64,000 nt of DNA, taken from positions 16,262-80,261 of the forward strand of contig CACOAW010000007.1 of assembly GCA_902625325.1 (NCBI GenBank), given 5' to 3'. The position numbers and the translations under genes were made by a program. Position 1 is the first letter of the stretch; each line of letters begins with the position of its first letter. Below, in pieces: positions 54,914 to 64,000 of this stretch. The stretch comes from an uncultured Candidatus Poseidoniales archaeon. Lineage in GTDB: Archaea > Thermoplasmatota > Poseidoniia > Poseidoniales > Thalassarchaeaceae. The notes beneath the pieces are model-generated. The model was not told the origin of the DNA and did no database searches. It saw only the letters and a list, made by a program, of their open reading frames with translations.

Positions 54914-55648
54914 GTGCCGATTTGCTGGGGCGTCAGGAAGGAAGGAAGGACGCTTTGGACAAGGAATGCTGTCAAGGGGAAATCGGTCAGAGGGGAACGT
55001 AGGAAGAGGGAAGGAAAGATAGAATGGAGAAGGTGGGACCCTACCAAGTCCAAGGTAGCAGCAGCCCTTCTTAGGACATCATCAGAACCATCTTCGATTC
55101 TCCCAAGTCCAGGCTCAACCTGCCTCTATCTCGGAGCATCTAGCGGTGGGACTGTTAGCCATATTCACGATTTCGTGTGCGGAGCAGAAAATCACCACGG
55201 AGGGCAGGTCGTAGCAGTGGAAATATCTCCCAGGGTGTCACGTGATTTGATTTCCCTCTCAGAATCTCGTCCCGGTATGATCCCAGTTCTTGGTGACGCA
55301 AGGAAAAGGAGGGTAATCGCGCCATTCATCAGGTCTAAGGCCGATTGGATTCACCAGGACCTCAGTATTGCTGACCAGGCAGAGACCTTCGTAAAGATGG
55401 CTATGAATTTCCTTATTCCAGGTGGAGTAGGTCTACTAAGCCTAAAAGCAGCCAGCGAGAGGTCTTCGGAGGGTGATGACAAAGCTAGATTCCACAATGC
55501 AGAGATAATCCTGAAGAACTCAGAACTCTCACTATTGGAGAGGATAGAACTTCGAGGTCTAGAGGAGCAACACGTTCTATTCGTCTGTGAATTAAGCCTC
55601 GGCGGCGAAAACCAGTGCAAACAATCCTCCGTAGAAGAGCACAAGTAG
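54914..55648 (+). CDS. flpA: Fibrillarin-like rRNA/tRNA 2-prime-O-methyltransferase
   Basis: WDPTKSKVAAAL, the SAM-binding motif LYLGASSGGTVSHIHDF, and VAVEISPR. GTG start in the ORF track. Confidence 0.85.
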   Translation: MPICWGVRKEGRTLWTRNAVKGKSVRGERRKREGKIEWRRWDPTKSKVAAALLRTSSEPSSILPSPGSTCLYLGASSGGTVSHIHDFVCGAENHHGGQVVAVEISPRVSRDLISLSESRPGMIPVLGDARKRRVIAPFIRSKADWIHQDLSIADQAETFVKMAMNFLIPGGVGLLSLKAASERSSEGDDKARFHNAEIILKNSELSLLERIELRGLEEQHVLFVCELSLGGENQCKQSSVEEHK

Positions 55649-56017
55649 AACGAATAAACCAATGCCTATCCAGGAAATGATTTGAGCCGCCTTCGCCATG
55701 CCCTGATCCGGATGACCTGGATATTGGGTGGTAGTAGCTAGAGCACCATTAGCCACTATCAGTCCGGGAAGCGCAGTACAAATTGAGCACATCACAATCC
55801 CCAATATGGAAAGGACCAGAGCAAGTACTGCATTGGTCGTCGGGAAAATCCCTCCCGGACCCCCATATTGTCCTCCTTGGACATAGATTTGCTGAGGGGC
55901 CTCTTTTGTTACGGAAGGACTCCCTTCGAGAACGACTTCTGACTCTGGCTGATCCTCTGACGAGACCCAATCAGGGACTTCACTCTCCTCCATGAGGCCA
56001 CAAAATGGGATCACCAA
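55592..56017 (-). CDS. Small membrane protein, DUF4190-like
   Basis: An acidic N-terminus followed by two long hydrophobic helices (NAVLALVLSILGIVMCSICTALPGLIV and AAQIISWIGIGLFVLLVLFYGGLF). The 3-prime end overlaps the flpA 3-prime end by 57 nt. Confidence 0.4.
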   Translation of the reverse strand: MVIPFCGLMEESEVPDWVSSEDQPESEVVLEGSPSVTKEAPQQIYVQGGQYGGPGGIFPTTNAVLALVLSILGIVMCSICTALPGLIVANGALATTTQYPGHPDQGMAKAAQIISWIGIGLFVLLVLFYGGLFALVFAAEA

Positions 56018-56070
56018 TTAACTCTGCCTATCTAAGAAAGGTAATGGCCTAACCATCTCAGCCTTCACAC

Positions 56071-56964
56071 ATGCCCGAGTTACCAGAGGTGGAAACGGTC
56101 CGGCTTGGTCTTGAGAGACACTTATTGGGCAGGACAATCTCTTCAGTTGAACTTCGAAGAAGTGATCTGAGATTCCCCTTCCCGAGAAATTTTGAAACCT
56201 CTCTCATAGGAAGAGTCGTCGAATCAGTGGAGCGTCGTGCGAAGTACCTTCTAATCCGACTAGACGGAGATATGACTTGGCTCTGTCATTTGGGGATGAG
56301 TGGCAGGTGGACACTGATTGGCGACGGAGTGGTTGGGAGGCCGGGCAAGTTCTCCAGCGGGGCACCTCTGGGTAGCGGTGACGGCCCTCACGATTGGGTA
56401 GTGATCCACCTAGACAGTGGGACGAAGGCAGTCTACTCGGACCATCGTAGGTTTGGATTCATGGACTGCTTCCCCACTTCACAACAAGAAAAAAACAAGC
56501 TTCTCTCGGATTTGGGTCCGGAGCCTACTCCCGACCAATTAGTTCCACAGGATCTCGCCGAAGGACTGAGGGGTAGGAAAATGCCAATCAAATCAGCTCT
56601 ATTGGACCAGAGAATCATCGCTGGCTTGGGGAACATCTATGTCTGTGAGATACTTCACCGAGCCGGAGTTTCTCCAAGAAGAAAGGCAAGCAGTGTGGCT
56701 GGGTTATCTGGAATCTCCAGAAGAGTCGAGAGAATTACAGCGGCAACACACGATGTCATCACAGAGGCCATAGACGCCGGGGGCTCCACTCTGCAAGATT
56801 TCAGAGGAGTAGACGGAGATGAGGCTATGGGCTATTTCATTCACAACTTCCTAGTTTATGGAAGGGAAGATCAGGAGTGTCTGAAGGAAGGTTGCTCTGG
56901 TTCGATAAAAAGAATAGTCCAGTCCAATAGATCCACGTTCTACTGCTCATCCTGCCAACGTTGA
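56071..56964 (+). CDS. mutM: Formamidopyrimidine-DNA glycosylase (Fpg/MutM)
   Basis: The canonical N-terminus MPELPEVETV, an H2TH region with LLDQRIIAGLGNIY, and a C-terminal zinc finger C..GC...STFYCSSCQ. Confidence 0.85.
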   Translation: MPELPEVETVRLGLERHLLGRTISSVELRRSDLRFPFPRNFETSLIGRVVESVERRAKYLLIRLDGDMTWLCHLGMSGRWTLIGDGVVGRPGKFSSGAPLGSGDGPHDWVVIHLDSGTKAVYSDHRRFGFMDCFPTSQQEKNKLLSDLGPEPTPDQLVPQDLAEGLRGRKMPIKSALLDQRIIAGLGNIYVCEILHRAGVSPRRKASSVAGLSGISRRVERITAATHDVITEAIDAGGSTLQDFRGVDGDEAMGYFIHNFLVYGREDQECLKEGCSGSIKRIVQSNRSTFYCSSCQR

Positions 56965-57650
56965 TGGACGTCCTATCCACATTATACCTCATGTCCGACC
57001 AATCCGATATGAATGCAAAACTGATTACTGAGTTCATTGGAACCTTCTTCCTCTGCCTGACAATATGTGTAGCCGGAGTATTCGGCCTGTCTGGTCAAAA
57101 CGCCCCTTTCGCTATAGCAGGTACTCTGATGGTTATGATATATGCCGGTGCCCATATTTCCGGTGCTCACTACAATCCTGCAGTCACTATCTCGATCTGG
57201 ATTAGGGGGGCATGTGAGAAATCGGAAGTAGTGCCCTATGCTCTCTCTCAACTTGCAGCAGGATTACTAGCGGCTCTCATTGCTACGAATCTGATTGTTA
57301 CCGGTAGTATTTCTGAGGATTACCCAATTGAGATGTTCGAACCTTCGGGTACGGAGACCTCAATCATTGTATCCGAGTTACTCTTCACTTTCGCATTAGT
57401 TTTCGTAATCCTCAATGTAGCAACCTCAGAAACCAATGAAGGAAACGGATTCTACGGTGCTGCGATTGCACTGGTAGTCCTAGCCGGGGCTCTAACTGTA
57501 GGGAGCATATCTCTGGCTTCATTCAATCCGGCGGCCTCGCTCTCTCTGGTAGTGGTTGGGAAAATGGCTGCTTCAGACCTATGGCTGCATTTGGTACCTC
57601 AGTTGTTAGGAGGCGGGGCAGCATCTTTGGTCTACAAGTGGAATACCTAG
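56961..57650 (+). CDS. aqpM: Aquaporin / MIP-family channel
   Basis: Two NPA boxes (SGAHYNPAVT and SFNPAAS) and six hydrophobic segments. The start is uncertain (56961, 56964, 56991 or 57009). Confidence 0.85.
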   Translation: MMDVLSTLYLMSDQSDMNAKLITEFIGTFFLCLTICVAGVFGLSGQNAPFAIAGTLMVMIYAGAHISGAHYNPAVTISIWIRGACEKSEVVPYALSQLAAGLLAALIATNLIVTGSISEDYPIEMFEPSGTETSIIVSELLFTFALVFVILNVATSETNEGNGFYGAAIALVVLAGALTVGSISLASFNPAASLSLVVVGKMAASDLWLHLVPQLLGGGAASLVYKWNT

Positions 57651-58597
57651 TCTAACTTCTGAGACATCTCTATCCCCTTGACTAGTGCCATTAGTATCTC
57701 ATTCCTAGGTGTTGGCACTCCAACCTCCTCTCCCTTAGAAATCACGGCACCACAAAGGACATCTATCTCGGTCTTTCTTCCCGCCATGAGGTCCTGAAGC
57801 ATAGAAACTCTATTCTCAGCAGTCGATTCGACCACCCTCCTTAGATAACTCTCAGAGTTGGAATCTCCTAGATCTATTCCCGATGCTTTGGCGACAGCCT
57901 CAGCCTCTCTCATAGCCTCAATTGCCTGGTGCCATAATTCTGGAATCTCTACTAAGGCCCCATTCCTTACACCTGCGATAGCACAGATTGGATTAATTGC
58001 TACATTTATCATCAGTTTCCTCCAAATTTCTACCTCGATATCTATTGACCAATTAGGTGCCAACCCTCCTTCATCTAGCAATGAAATGAATTCAGTAGCA
58101 ATAGAATTCGGTTCAGGGGAATTAATTGAACCTAGAGAAATTGACCCTCTCCCCGTCCAGTGGACAGCACCGTCTCCATCTCTCCAAGCGGAGTGAGTGG
58201 TAGTTCCCCCCAGCATTCGCTCCCAACCGACTCTGCTGGCAATGATTCCCGAATTTCCAAGTCCGTTCTGAATGCTGATTACTAATGCGTCTTGTTTAAT
58301 CAGATCTTCAGCGATAGAAGCCAATTGGGGAGTTGAACCAGACTTGCCAGAGACAACTGCTACATCACAAGTTTCGCACATTTTATCCTCTAGGGGGCCC
58401 TTCTCACTATCGATAATCTCGAAACGCTCACCTGGAATCATTTCCACAGTTCCCTCGGGAGTGAATAGAGTCAGCCCCTCAAGTAAATCTCTAGCAGTCC
58501 TTCCTCTAGAAACACAAACGAGTTCAGCATTGGTGTCAGACAGACATCCTGCGAGCACACCGCCAATCGCACCAGTCCCAAGAATAGCAATCCTCAC
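57647..58597 (-). CDS. panE: 2-dehydropantoate 2-reductase (ketopantoate reductase, PanE/ApbA family)
   Basis: (V)RIAILGTGAIGG Rossmann motif at the N-terminus. GTG at 58597 overlaps the upstream gene's stop as GTGA. The ORF-track ATG at 58666 would add 23 residues overlapping the upstream CDS. Confidence 0.75.
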   Translation of the reverse strand: MRIAILGTGAIGGVLAGCLSDTNAELVCVSRGRTARDLLEGLTLFTPEGTVEMIPGERFEIIDSEKGPLEDKMCETCDVAVVSGKSGSTPQLASIAEDLIKQDALVISIQNGLGNSGIIASRVGWERMLGGTTTHSAWRDGDGAVHWTGRGSISLGSINSPEPNSIATEFISLLDEGGLAPNWSIDIEVEIWRKLMINVAINPICAIAGVRNGALVEIPELWHQAIEAMREAEAVAKASGIDLGDSNSESYLRRVVESTAENRVSMLQDLMAGRKTEIDVLCGAVISKGEEVGVPTPRNEILMALVKGIEMSQKLD

Positions 58598-61029
58598 TCG
58601 CAACCCTCCGACGGACATCTTGCCGAAAGGTGTACTACGACTCCTGAATCGTCCGCAGTTACCCATAAGGCCCGTTCTAGAGTAGAACTACCATTCGCTA
58701 CAGCTTCGACGAAATACGAACCTCCGGCGTCAATCCAGTCTCCAATGCTTACTTCCCAGATTCCAGACTGGGGGGAGTCGCCATGCCACTCCAAAGACAG
58801 TCCAATCCTCTCCGAGCCTCTGTTGAAAATATAGAAAGAATCTACTTCAATCCTCTGATTGAGGACAATTGCCGAGTGTCCTACACTAGAATTCTCTGTC
58901 GAGACGAATACATCGGGTCCTGTGATTATCTTGAATGAGGCCAGCGAACCATCATTACCACAAATTGCCAGCCATCCCTCCTCGCCGATACCTATCGAAC
59001 CATTCCCGCTCAGATTTCCTTCAAGCCTGATCGGGGAGTAGTTGCTCATCTCCACTGACCAGTTCCCCCCAGTGTCCACTTGTGCCGCAATCTCGCTAGA
59101 TGGGCAGAAAGGGGACCCTCTATCGGAGTGGGAGAGAATATCTCCGCTGGAGACGATTCCAGTTGGAATTTTCCATTGCCCATCCATGACCTGTATAGAT
59201 GGCTCTGAGCCATCAATTGAAATCAGCCATGGCCCTTCGGTCGAGTTCTCCCTCTCAAGGAAAACAGCAGGGCCAAAGGATCTGCCCTGCGAATCAAAAA
59301 TCTCCGAGCTCTGAATCGCGCCACTGTTTCCTCTAAGGCACAACTCTTGTATTCCTGACGTTAGATTACTCCCGTTCATAGTCTCCCAGTAGGCTCCCTC
59401 GACGAATATATTCCCTCCATCTCCAGCATCAAAATCAGTACAAATTATCGGTTTGTCGAATCCTCCAGAAAGACTCCAGAACGGGCCAATCAAACCCTGG
59501 CTAGAAAACTCATGAAGCAAGATCTCATGCTCTACCTCGAAGCCTGAGACTTCGACTAGTACCTTTAGCAGGTGATTAGAGAAATTCCCCTTTGGAGGGG
59601 TAATGGAGATATCCACGGCACTAGTCTCAGACTGCGTAACTCCATTGAATCGACAGGTGTCTTGAAGATCAGAACAATCGGTGCTGAGAACCCACTCCTG
59701 AGATCGAGACCCCTCAATCCTCATCTGAATCCATCCGGAGACAGGCATCACCCCTTCTGGCTCCAAATTCAGCGAAAATATTTGCAACTCACCCTCGGAG
59801 AATTCTATCTCTTGGGGCCACTCTTCAGTAGAAATCCCCGCAATGTAGTCCTCCATCTCGTAGGAGGGAACAGATCCCGGCAGCCCTGCCAGGAGTATCA
59901 CACTCGCTACAGCCACGAAGCGACTCTTGAACCTCTCATCTAACCCGGATTGTTCGTCAAGGACGATTGGCTGAGGGAGATTATCCGGATTGAAACGCTG
60001 CCATGCAGCTACGAATGCAAGGAAAACCCATGGGGTCCATTTGGCTGTCGCGAAAACCACTACCATGAAGAAGAGCACGATTAGGAATACTGATGTCTGG
60101 GTACTCCCACTCCTCATTTCCGCTGGACCAATAATTGCATGGAGTAGCCTATCCCCTGGTAGTCCTGGTATGGGGAGCAACATTATCCAACCGACCAAGG
60201 AGAGTCCTACTCCAGAAATACCAACCGGATGCAACCATTGGAGACGAATTTCCAGATGTTCCCCCAACAAAGAATCGGCTAGATAGCCAGAAATCAGACT
60301 AATCTCGAAGATTGTGGGCGGTCCCGTTAGTTGCGGGGGACTGCTTGGAGTAAGAATTAGTCCGACTACTGTGAGAAAACTTCCAGCTGTAAACAGGACA
60401 AGTGGAACTGCCAACTCGATAGACCCCAATGCCCTTCTGGATGGAATTGGAACCATATCGAGCTTCCTTTGCCCAATCGCCCCAACAATTCCGAATGGCC
60501 ACCATGTAGGAATTGGAAATACGATTGGGGCAATATGCCCTATTTCTATCCCGAATCTCCTTGCGGTAAGAATCCTGCAGAAACTAGCTATGGATAGGGT
60601 AGCTAATATTGGTAGAGTGAAGAAAATTAGCGAATTCATAATTTCGCCATTTCCCGACGAATTACTACCGTATCCGTATTCAGAAACCCAATGTGATCCA
60701 GCCATGGTGAGGAAAACTGACATGACTGCCCACATCAGCAAACTCTGGTAATTTCCCATCACATTGCTTCCTTGAGGAATCCTTGATATGATCAGAACAG
60801 GGGGGTTTGTCTCTTCTAGAGATCCAACCAATCCCATCGTGTCAAGGTGTGAATTGAGTTCCTCCAACTGTTTACTAACATCCTTACCGTCTAGACCTCT
60901 GACCTCCCATGAATTGGGATAACTGCCCTCGTTACCTAGTTCGAAGAATCTAGAGGATATTACTTCTAGTAATTCTCTGGTGCCCCAGGTCTCAGTGTCA
61001 ATAAAAATCTCCTCTGGCATGATGCTCAC
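58594..61029 (-). CDS. Large membrane protein with an M50 (site-2 protease)-like polytopic domain lacking HExxH, fused to a roughly 420-aa extracytoplasmic domain
   Basis: SFCRILTARRFGIEIGHIAPIVFPIP aligns by eye to the M50 pattern HELGHxxxARrxGv....P.iP, with SFCRI replacing HELGH. LLPIPGLPGDRLLHAI resembles NLLPxxPLDGG. The C-terminal half is hydrophilic and Gly/Ser-rich. Confidence 0.45.
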   Translation of the reverse strand: MSIMPEEIFIDTETWGTRELLEVISSRFFELGNEGSYPNSWEVRGLDGKDVSKQLEELNSHLDTMGLVGSLEETNPPVLIISRIPQGSNVMGNYQSLLMWAVMSVFLTMAGSHWVSEYGYGSNSSGNGEIMNSLIFFTLPILATLSIASFCRILTARRFGIEIGHIAPIVFPIPTWWPFGIVGAIGQRKLDMVPIPSRRALGSIELAVPLVLFTAGSFLTVVGLILTPSSPPQLTGPPTIFEISLISGYLADSLLGEHLEIRLQWLHPVGISGVGLSLVGWIMLLPIPGLPGDRLLHAIIGPAEMRSGSTQTSVFLIVLFFMVVVFATAKWTPWVFLAFVAAWQRFNPDNLPQPIVLDEQSGLDERFKSRFVAVASVILLAGLPGSVPSYEMEDYIAGISTEEWPQEIEFSEGELQIFSLNLEPEGVMPVSGWIQMRIEGSRSQEWVLSTDCSDLQDTCRFNGVTQSETSAVDISITPPKGNFSNHLLKVLVEVSGFEVEHEILLHEFSSQGLIGPFWSLSGGFDKPIICTDFDAGDGGNIFVEGAYWETMNGSNLTSGIQELCLRGNSGAIQSSEIFDSQGRSFGPAVFLERENSTEGPWLISIDGSEPSIQVMDGQWKIPTGIVSSGDILSHSDRGSPFCPSSEIAAQVDTGGNWSVEMSNYSPIRLEGNLSGNGSIGIGEEGWLAICGNDGSLASFKIITGPDVFVSTENSSVGHSAIVLNQRIEVDSFYIFNRGSERIGLSLEWHGDSPQSGIWEVSIGDWIDAGGSYFVEAVANGSSTLERALWVTADDSGVVVHLSARCPSEGCE

Positions 61030-61079
61030 TCCCTGACCATACCCGCGGGACGTCGGACTTTACCCCTGCTCTTTCATAA

Positions 61080-61697
61080 TCACTTGTTTTTGAAGCGCTT
61101 GAGGCGGAAAGTCTCCTCTCTCTCCATCTCTTCTAACCTTAGTTGGATGAAAGTCTGAGCCTCTTTCATCTCAGGAATTACCTTGAACTCGAGAGCATTC
61201 ACCCTTCTTTTAGTAGCTTCAATTTCTTCTAGAAGCCTCTTTAGAGTGGCCTCCATCTCAGCTGCCTTTACTACCTTCTCAACAAGTAGCGAATAGGCGT
61301 CTGCCGCCTCGTCAATGTAGGGAGAACCTCCAATCATCCCCAGTCCCCTATCCTCGACCGATAGTTTGAGATTCTGCCCCTCGACCTTTGGAACAACTAC
61401 GCCCATTATATTCCTCTTTGAGACTTGCACTTCTGGATGCTTCGAAGAGGCTATGGCTGCGCTCTTTACTGCCAATCCACCTTCTATAGATGAGGCTAGA
61501 TTGATTGCTTGCAGTGCATCTCTGTACGTTCCCACTAGTCCCTCTCTGGCCTCGATCATTTCTGAGAGCAATGTTCTGAATTCGTGGAATAGGCCATCTC
61601 TCTTCATCTTCAGAAGATTGTATCCTGTAGAGGTCTGCTTTATCCTGCGCTTCAGGTTGATAAGCTCGGACCTGGTAGGCTTGATGTCTAGGGCCAT
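61080..61697 (-). CDS. atpD: A-type (V-type) ATP synthase subunit D
   Basis: MALDIKPTRSELINLKRRIK N-terminus and a coiled-coil protein of 205 aa, downstream of atpB. Confidence 0.9.
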   Translation of the reverse strand: MALDIKPTRSELINLKRRIKQTSTGYNLLKMKRDGLFHEFRTLLSEMIEAREGLVGTYRDALQAINLASSIEGGLAVKSAAIASSKHPEVQVSKRNIMGVVVPKVEGQNLKLSVEDRGLGMIGGSPYIDEAADAYSLLVEKVVKAAEMEATLKRLLEEIEATKRRVNALEFKVIPEMKEAQTFIQLRLEEMEREETFRLKRFKNK

Positions 61698-61718
61698 TCA
61701 CTCAACTCCTTACTTCGT

Positions 61719-63113
61719 TTACTCTTCTTCTCCCTTATCTTCATCAGGATGGTACTTATCGATCCACTTCTGATCCAGTCGTACAAGATACTTCGTGTCG
61801 ATGTTTGACAATAAGTTCCAAGCCAGGTCCAAAGTACCCTCGTCTATCGATCTGTCCTCGTCTCTGCTCTGCCTGAGGAACTTATCTTCAAAGATATCTG
61901 CGAACTTGAGAAGTTGAAGGTCCCTCTCGTTTAGAGCATCCTCTCCGACAATTGCCACCAATCCTCTCAATTCCTTTCCTTGAGCGTAGGCCGCGTAGAG
62001 CTGGTCAGATACTGACTTGTGATCCTCTCTGGTTTTACCAGGCCCTATCCCTGCATTCATCAATCTGCTCAGAGAGGGAAGAACGTTAATCGGGGGGTAG
62101 ATTCCTTTCTGATGGAGCTCCCTAGAGATAACTATCTGGCCCTCTGTAATGTATCCGGACAAATCTGGAATCGGGTGAGTGATATCGTCACCGGGCATAG
62201 TTAGGATAGGGAACTGCGTGATTGAACCCTTCTTCCCTTTTACCAGCCCTGCTCTCTCGTAGAGCATAGCCAAATCTGTGTACATGTAACCCGGGTAACC
62301 CCTCCTTCCAGGAACTTCTTCTCGAGCGGCACCGATTTGCCTCAATGACTCACAGTAGTTTGTCATATCCGTGTATATCACTAGCACGTGATAGTCATGT
62401 TCGAATGCTAGGTATTCAGCAGCGGTGAGTGCTAAACGAGGGGTGATCAATCTCTCGACTGCCGGATCGTCAGCCAAGTTTACGAATAGCGCCGCATTCT
62501 CGAGTGCCCCAGTCCTCTCTAGGTCGTGTACGAAGAAGTTGTACTCCTCGGCGGTAATTCCCATTGCGCAGAAAACTACGACGAAGTCATCGTCGCTACC
62601 AACTAGTTTGGCCTGTCTTGCGATTTGCAAAGCGATGTCGTTGTGAGGAAGTCCGCTTGCACTGAAGATCGGAAGCTTCTGCCCCCTGACAAGCGATGTA
62701 CAAGCGTCAATTGCTGAAATTCCTGTCTGTATGAAAGACTCGGGACTCTGCCTAGAATAGGGATTTATTGCGGCTCCGATGATATCGGCCATATCATCGG
62801 CAACTATTTCCGGTCCTCCATCTCTTGGCCTCCCAGCACCATCTAGAATCCTACCAATTAGTCCCTTGCTCACCGGGAGCTTGAACACATCTCCTAGGAA
62901 CTTTACACCCGTCTGCCTGTCTACAGATGCAGTCCCCTCGAAGACTTGTACAATCACTTGGTCATCGGACGTGTCCAGAACCTGCCCGTTTTTGATTGAC
63001 CCATCACTGAGTCTCAGTTGTACAATTTCGTTATACGAAACAGGCTCGGTTTTGTTTAGGAAAACTAGAGGCCCCTTCACGTCCGTAATTGTTCTGTATT
63101 CTTTTCCACTCAT
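61719..63113 (-). CDS. atpB: A-type ATP synthase subunit B
   Basis: Full-length resemblance to A1 subunit B: [28 protein letters not shown] and [22 protein letters not shown]. Confidence 0.95.
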   Translation of the reverse strand: MSGKEYRTITDVKGPLVFLNKTEPVSYNEIVQLRLSDGSIKNGQVLDTSDDQVIVQVFEGTASVDRQTGVKFLGDVFKLPVSKGLIGRILDGAGRPRDGGPEIVADDMADIIGAAINPYSRQSPESFIQTGISAIDACTSLVRGQKLPIFSASGLPHNDIALQIARQAKLVGSDDDFVVVFCAMGITAEEYNFFVHDLERTGALENAALFVNLADDPAVERLITPRLALTAAEYLAFEHDYHVLVIYTDMTNYCESLRQIGAAREEVPGRRGYPGYMYTDLAMLYERAGLVKGKKGSITQFPILTMPGDDITHPIPDLSGYITEGQIVISRELHQKGIYPPINVLPSLSRLMNAGIGPGKTREDHKSVSDQLYAAYAQGKELRGLVAIVGEDALNERDLQLLKFADIFEDKFLRQSRDEDRSIDEGTLDLAWNLLSNIDTKYLVRLDQKWIDKYHPDEDKGEEE

Positions 63114-63122
63114 ATTATCACC

Positions 63123-64000
63123 TCAGTTTTCCTCCATGCTAGCAGCAATCTGCTTGCTCATCTCTGTAACTAGCCCCTCTATTCTACCGTCATAACCTTC
63201 CTCGAACCTTCCTCTCATCAGGTCAGTCCTAGCAGGGACGTTAACCACGTCTTCGAGTTGTGCGCCTCCAGCAATTGCCTTCTTCCCTTCTTCTTGGAAG
63301 TTCAGTATTGCCTTTGCCATGTCATACTGTAGCTTTAGATCGCTATAGGTATCTACATCATGGAATGCGTTCTGCTGAAGGAAGAACTCTCGAATCATCC
63401 TGGCAACTTCTAGTGTCAATTGTTGATCTATTGGCAGGGCATCAGAACCCACAAGCTGGACAATCTCCTGCAATTCTGCTTCGATTTGGAGTAGAGTGCT
63501 TATCTCGGTCCTAACTTCGGGGAAATCCGTTGAAATGTTGTCTCTGTACCATTGGTCTAGGGCCTGTGGGTACAAGCTGTAAGAACTGAGCCAGTTTATA
63601 GCAGGGAAGTGCCGTTGTCTGGCGAGACCAGCGTCCAGGCCCCAGAACACCTTAACAATCCTGAGGGTTCCTTGGCTGACTGGTTCTGAGATGTCCCCAC
63701 CAGGAGGTGAAACAGCTCCGATTACCGACACAGAGCCATCCTCTCCGGACAATGTCTCAACCCTTCCTGCTCTCTCATAAAATTCAGCCAGTCTACTGGA
63801 GAGGTAGGCTGGATAACCCTCCTCTCCGGGCATCTCCTCGAGCCTCGAGGAAATTTCCCTCATAGCCTCAGCCCATCTACTAGTCGAGTCGGCCATTAGA
63901 GCCACGTTGTAACCCATATCTCGGAAATATTCAGCAATAGTAACTCCAGTGTAAACGGAAGCCTCCCTTGCTGCGACCGGCATGTTCGAAGTATTCGCAA
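63123..64000 (-). CDS. atpA: A-type ATP synthase catalytic subunit A, C-terminal part (5-prime end lies outside the window)
   Basis: The frame stays open to the window edge ([29 protein letters not shown]). [32 protein letters not shown] is typical of subunit A. Confidence 0.95.
   Translation of the reverse strand, partial: ANTSNMPVAAREASVYTGVTIAEYFRDMGYNVALMADSTSRWAEAMREISSRLEEMPGEEGYPAYLSSRLAEFYERAGRVETLSGEDGSVSVIGAVSPPGGDISEPVSQGTLRIVKVFWGLDAGLARQRHFPAINWLSSYSLYPQALDQWYRDNISTDFPEVRTEISTLLQIEAELQEIVQLVGSDALPIDQQLTLEVARMIREFFLQQNAFHDVDTYSDLKLQYDMAKAILNFQEEGKKAIAGGAQLEDVVNVPARTDLMRGRFEEGYDGRIEGLVTEMSKQIAASMEEN

Noticed and set aside
1-64000. CRISPR arrays, rRNA genes, IS elements and long tandem repeats.
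   Set aside because: Reading through the intergenic regions revealed no regularly spaced direct repeats, no rRNA-like sequence and no terminal inverted repeats. The only repetitive DNA is the coding Asp-repeat region at about 11050-11400.
61719-64000. Possible inteins in the ATP synthase A/B subunits.
   Set aside because: atpB has a normal length (464 aa) and the visible part of atpA is colinear with canonical subunit A, so no insertion is evident.

Overview
This window reads as a 64 kb archaeal chromosomal segment, densely coding with about 60 genes and no rRNA, CRISPR array, transposase or integrase that I could see. Archaeal information-processing markers are unambiguous: A-type ATP synthase atpA (partial), atpB and atpD, PCNA, TFS, Nop5 plus fibrillarin, Orc1/Cdc6, ABCE1, Bud32, an archaeal-type triosephosphate isomerase and one tRNA-Gly(UCC). 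They sit among many bacterial-looking metabolic genes: sucCD, three crotonase paralogs, 3-hydroxyacyl-CoA dehydrogenase, aldehyde dehydrogenase, GlpX, class I FBA, Fpg, PPK2, biotin carboxylase, nadA and moaCE. This mix, together with secreted lipoproteins and moderate GC content, suggests a heterotrophic marine euryarchaeon of the Marine Group II / Poseidoniales type. That lineage call is inference, not verified. Most of the window is ordinary core genome. These regions deserve a second look:
(1) A visibly AT-richer two-gene module at 32.7-35.8 kb. A small winged-helix protein is divergent from an 875-aa orphan protein with an N-terminal winged helix. They share an AT-rich intergenic region carrying a TTTCCACTGGAAAA palindrome that matches, as I remember it, the archaeal mini-ORB origin-recognition core.
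(2) Immediately downstream, a roughly 270-nt GC-rich, highly structured non-coding island (35837-36107). It has a terminal helix and a K-turn-like motif, and I could not fit it to RNase P or SRP RNA by eye.
(3) A fused phosphopantetheine adenylyltransferase / DUF359 (GTP-dependent dephospho-CoA kinase) gene.
(4) A 402-bp AT-rich region upstream of orc1/cdc6, a candidate replication origin.
(5) A five-gene minus-strand operon that couples a BoxB/PaaA-like diiron oxygenase to beta-oxidation-type enzymes and an FAD oxidoreductase.
(6) Tandem squalene/phytoene synthase paralogs.
(7) A three-gene operon containing a very divergent TBP-fold-like protein.
(8) An M50 (site-2 protease)-like membrane protein that has lost the HExxH motif.
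All functional calls come from motif recognition by eye in the supplied translations. No database search was run.
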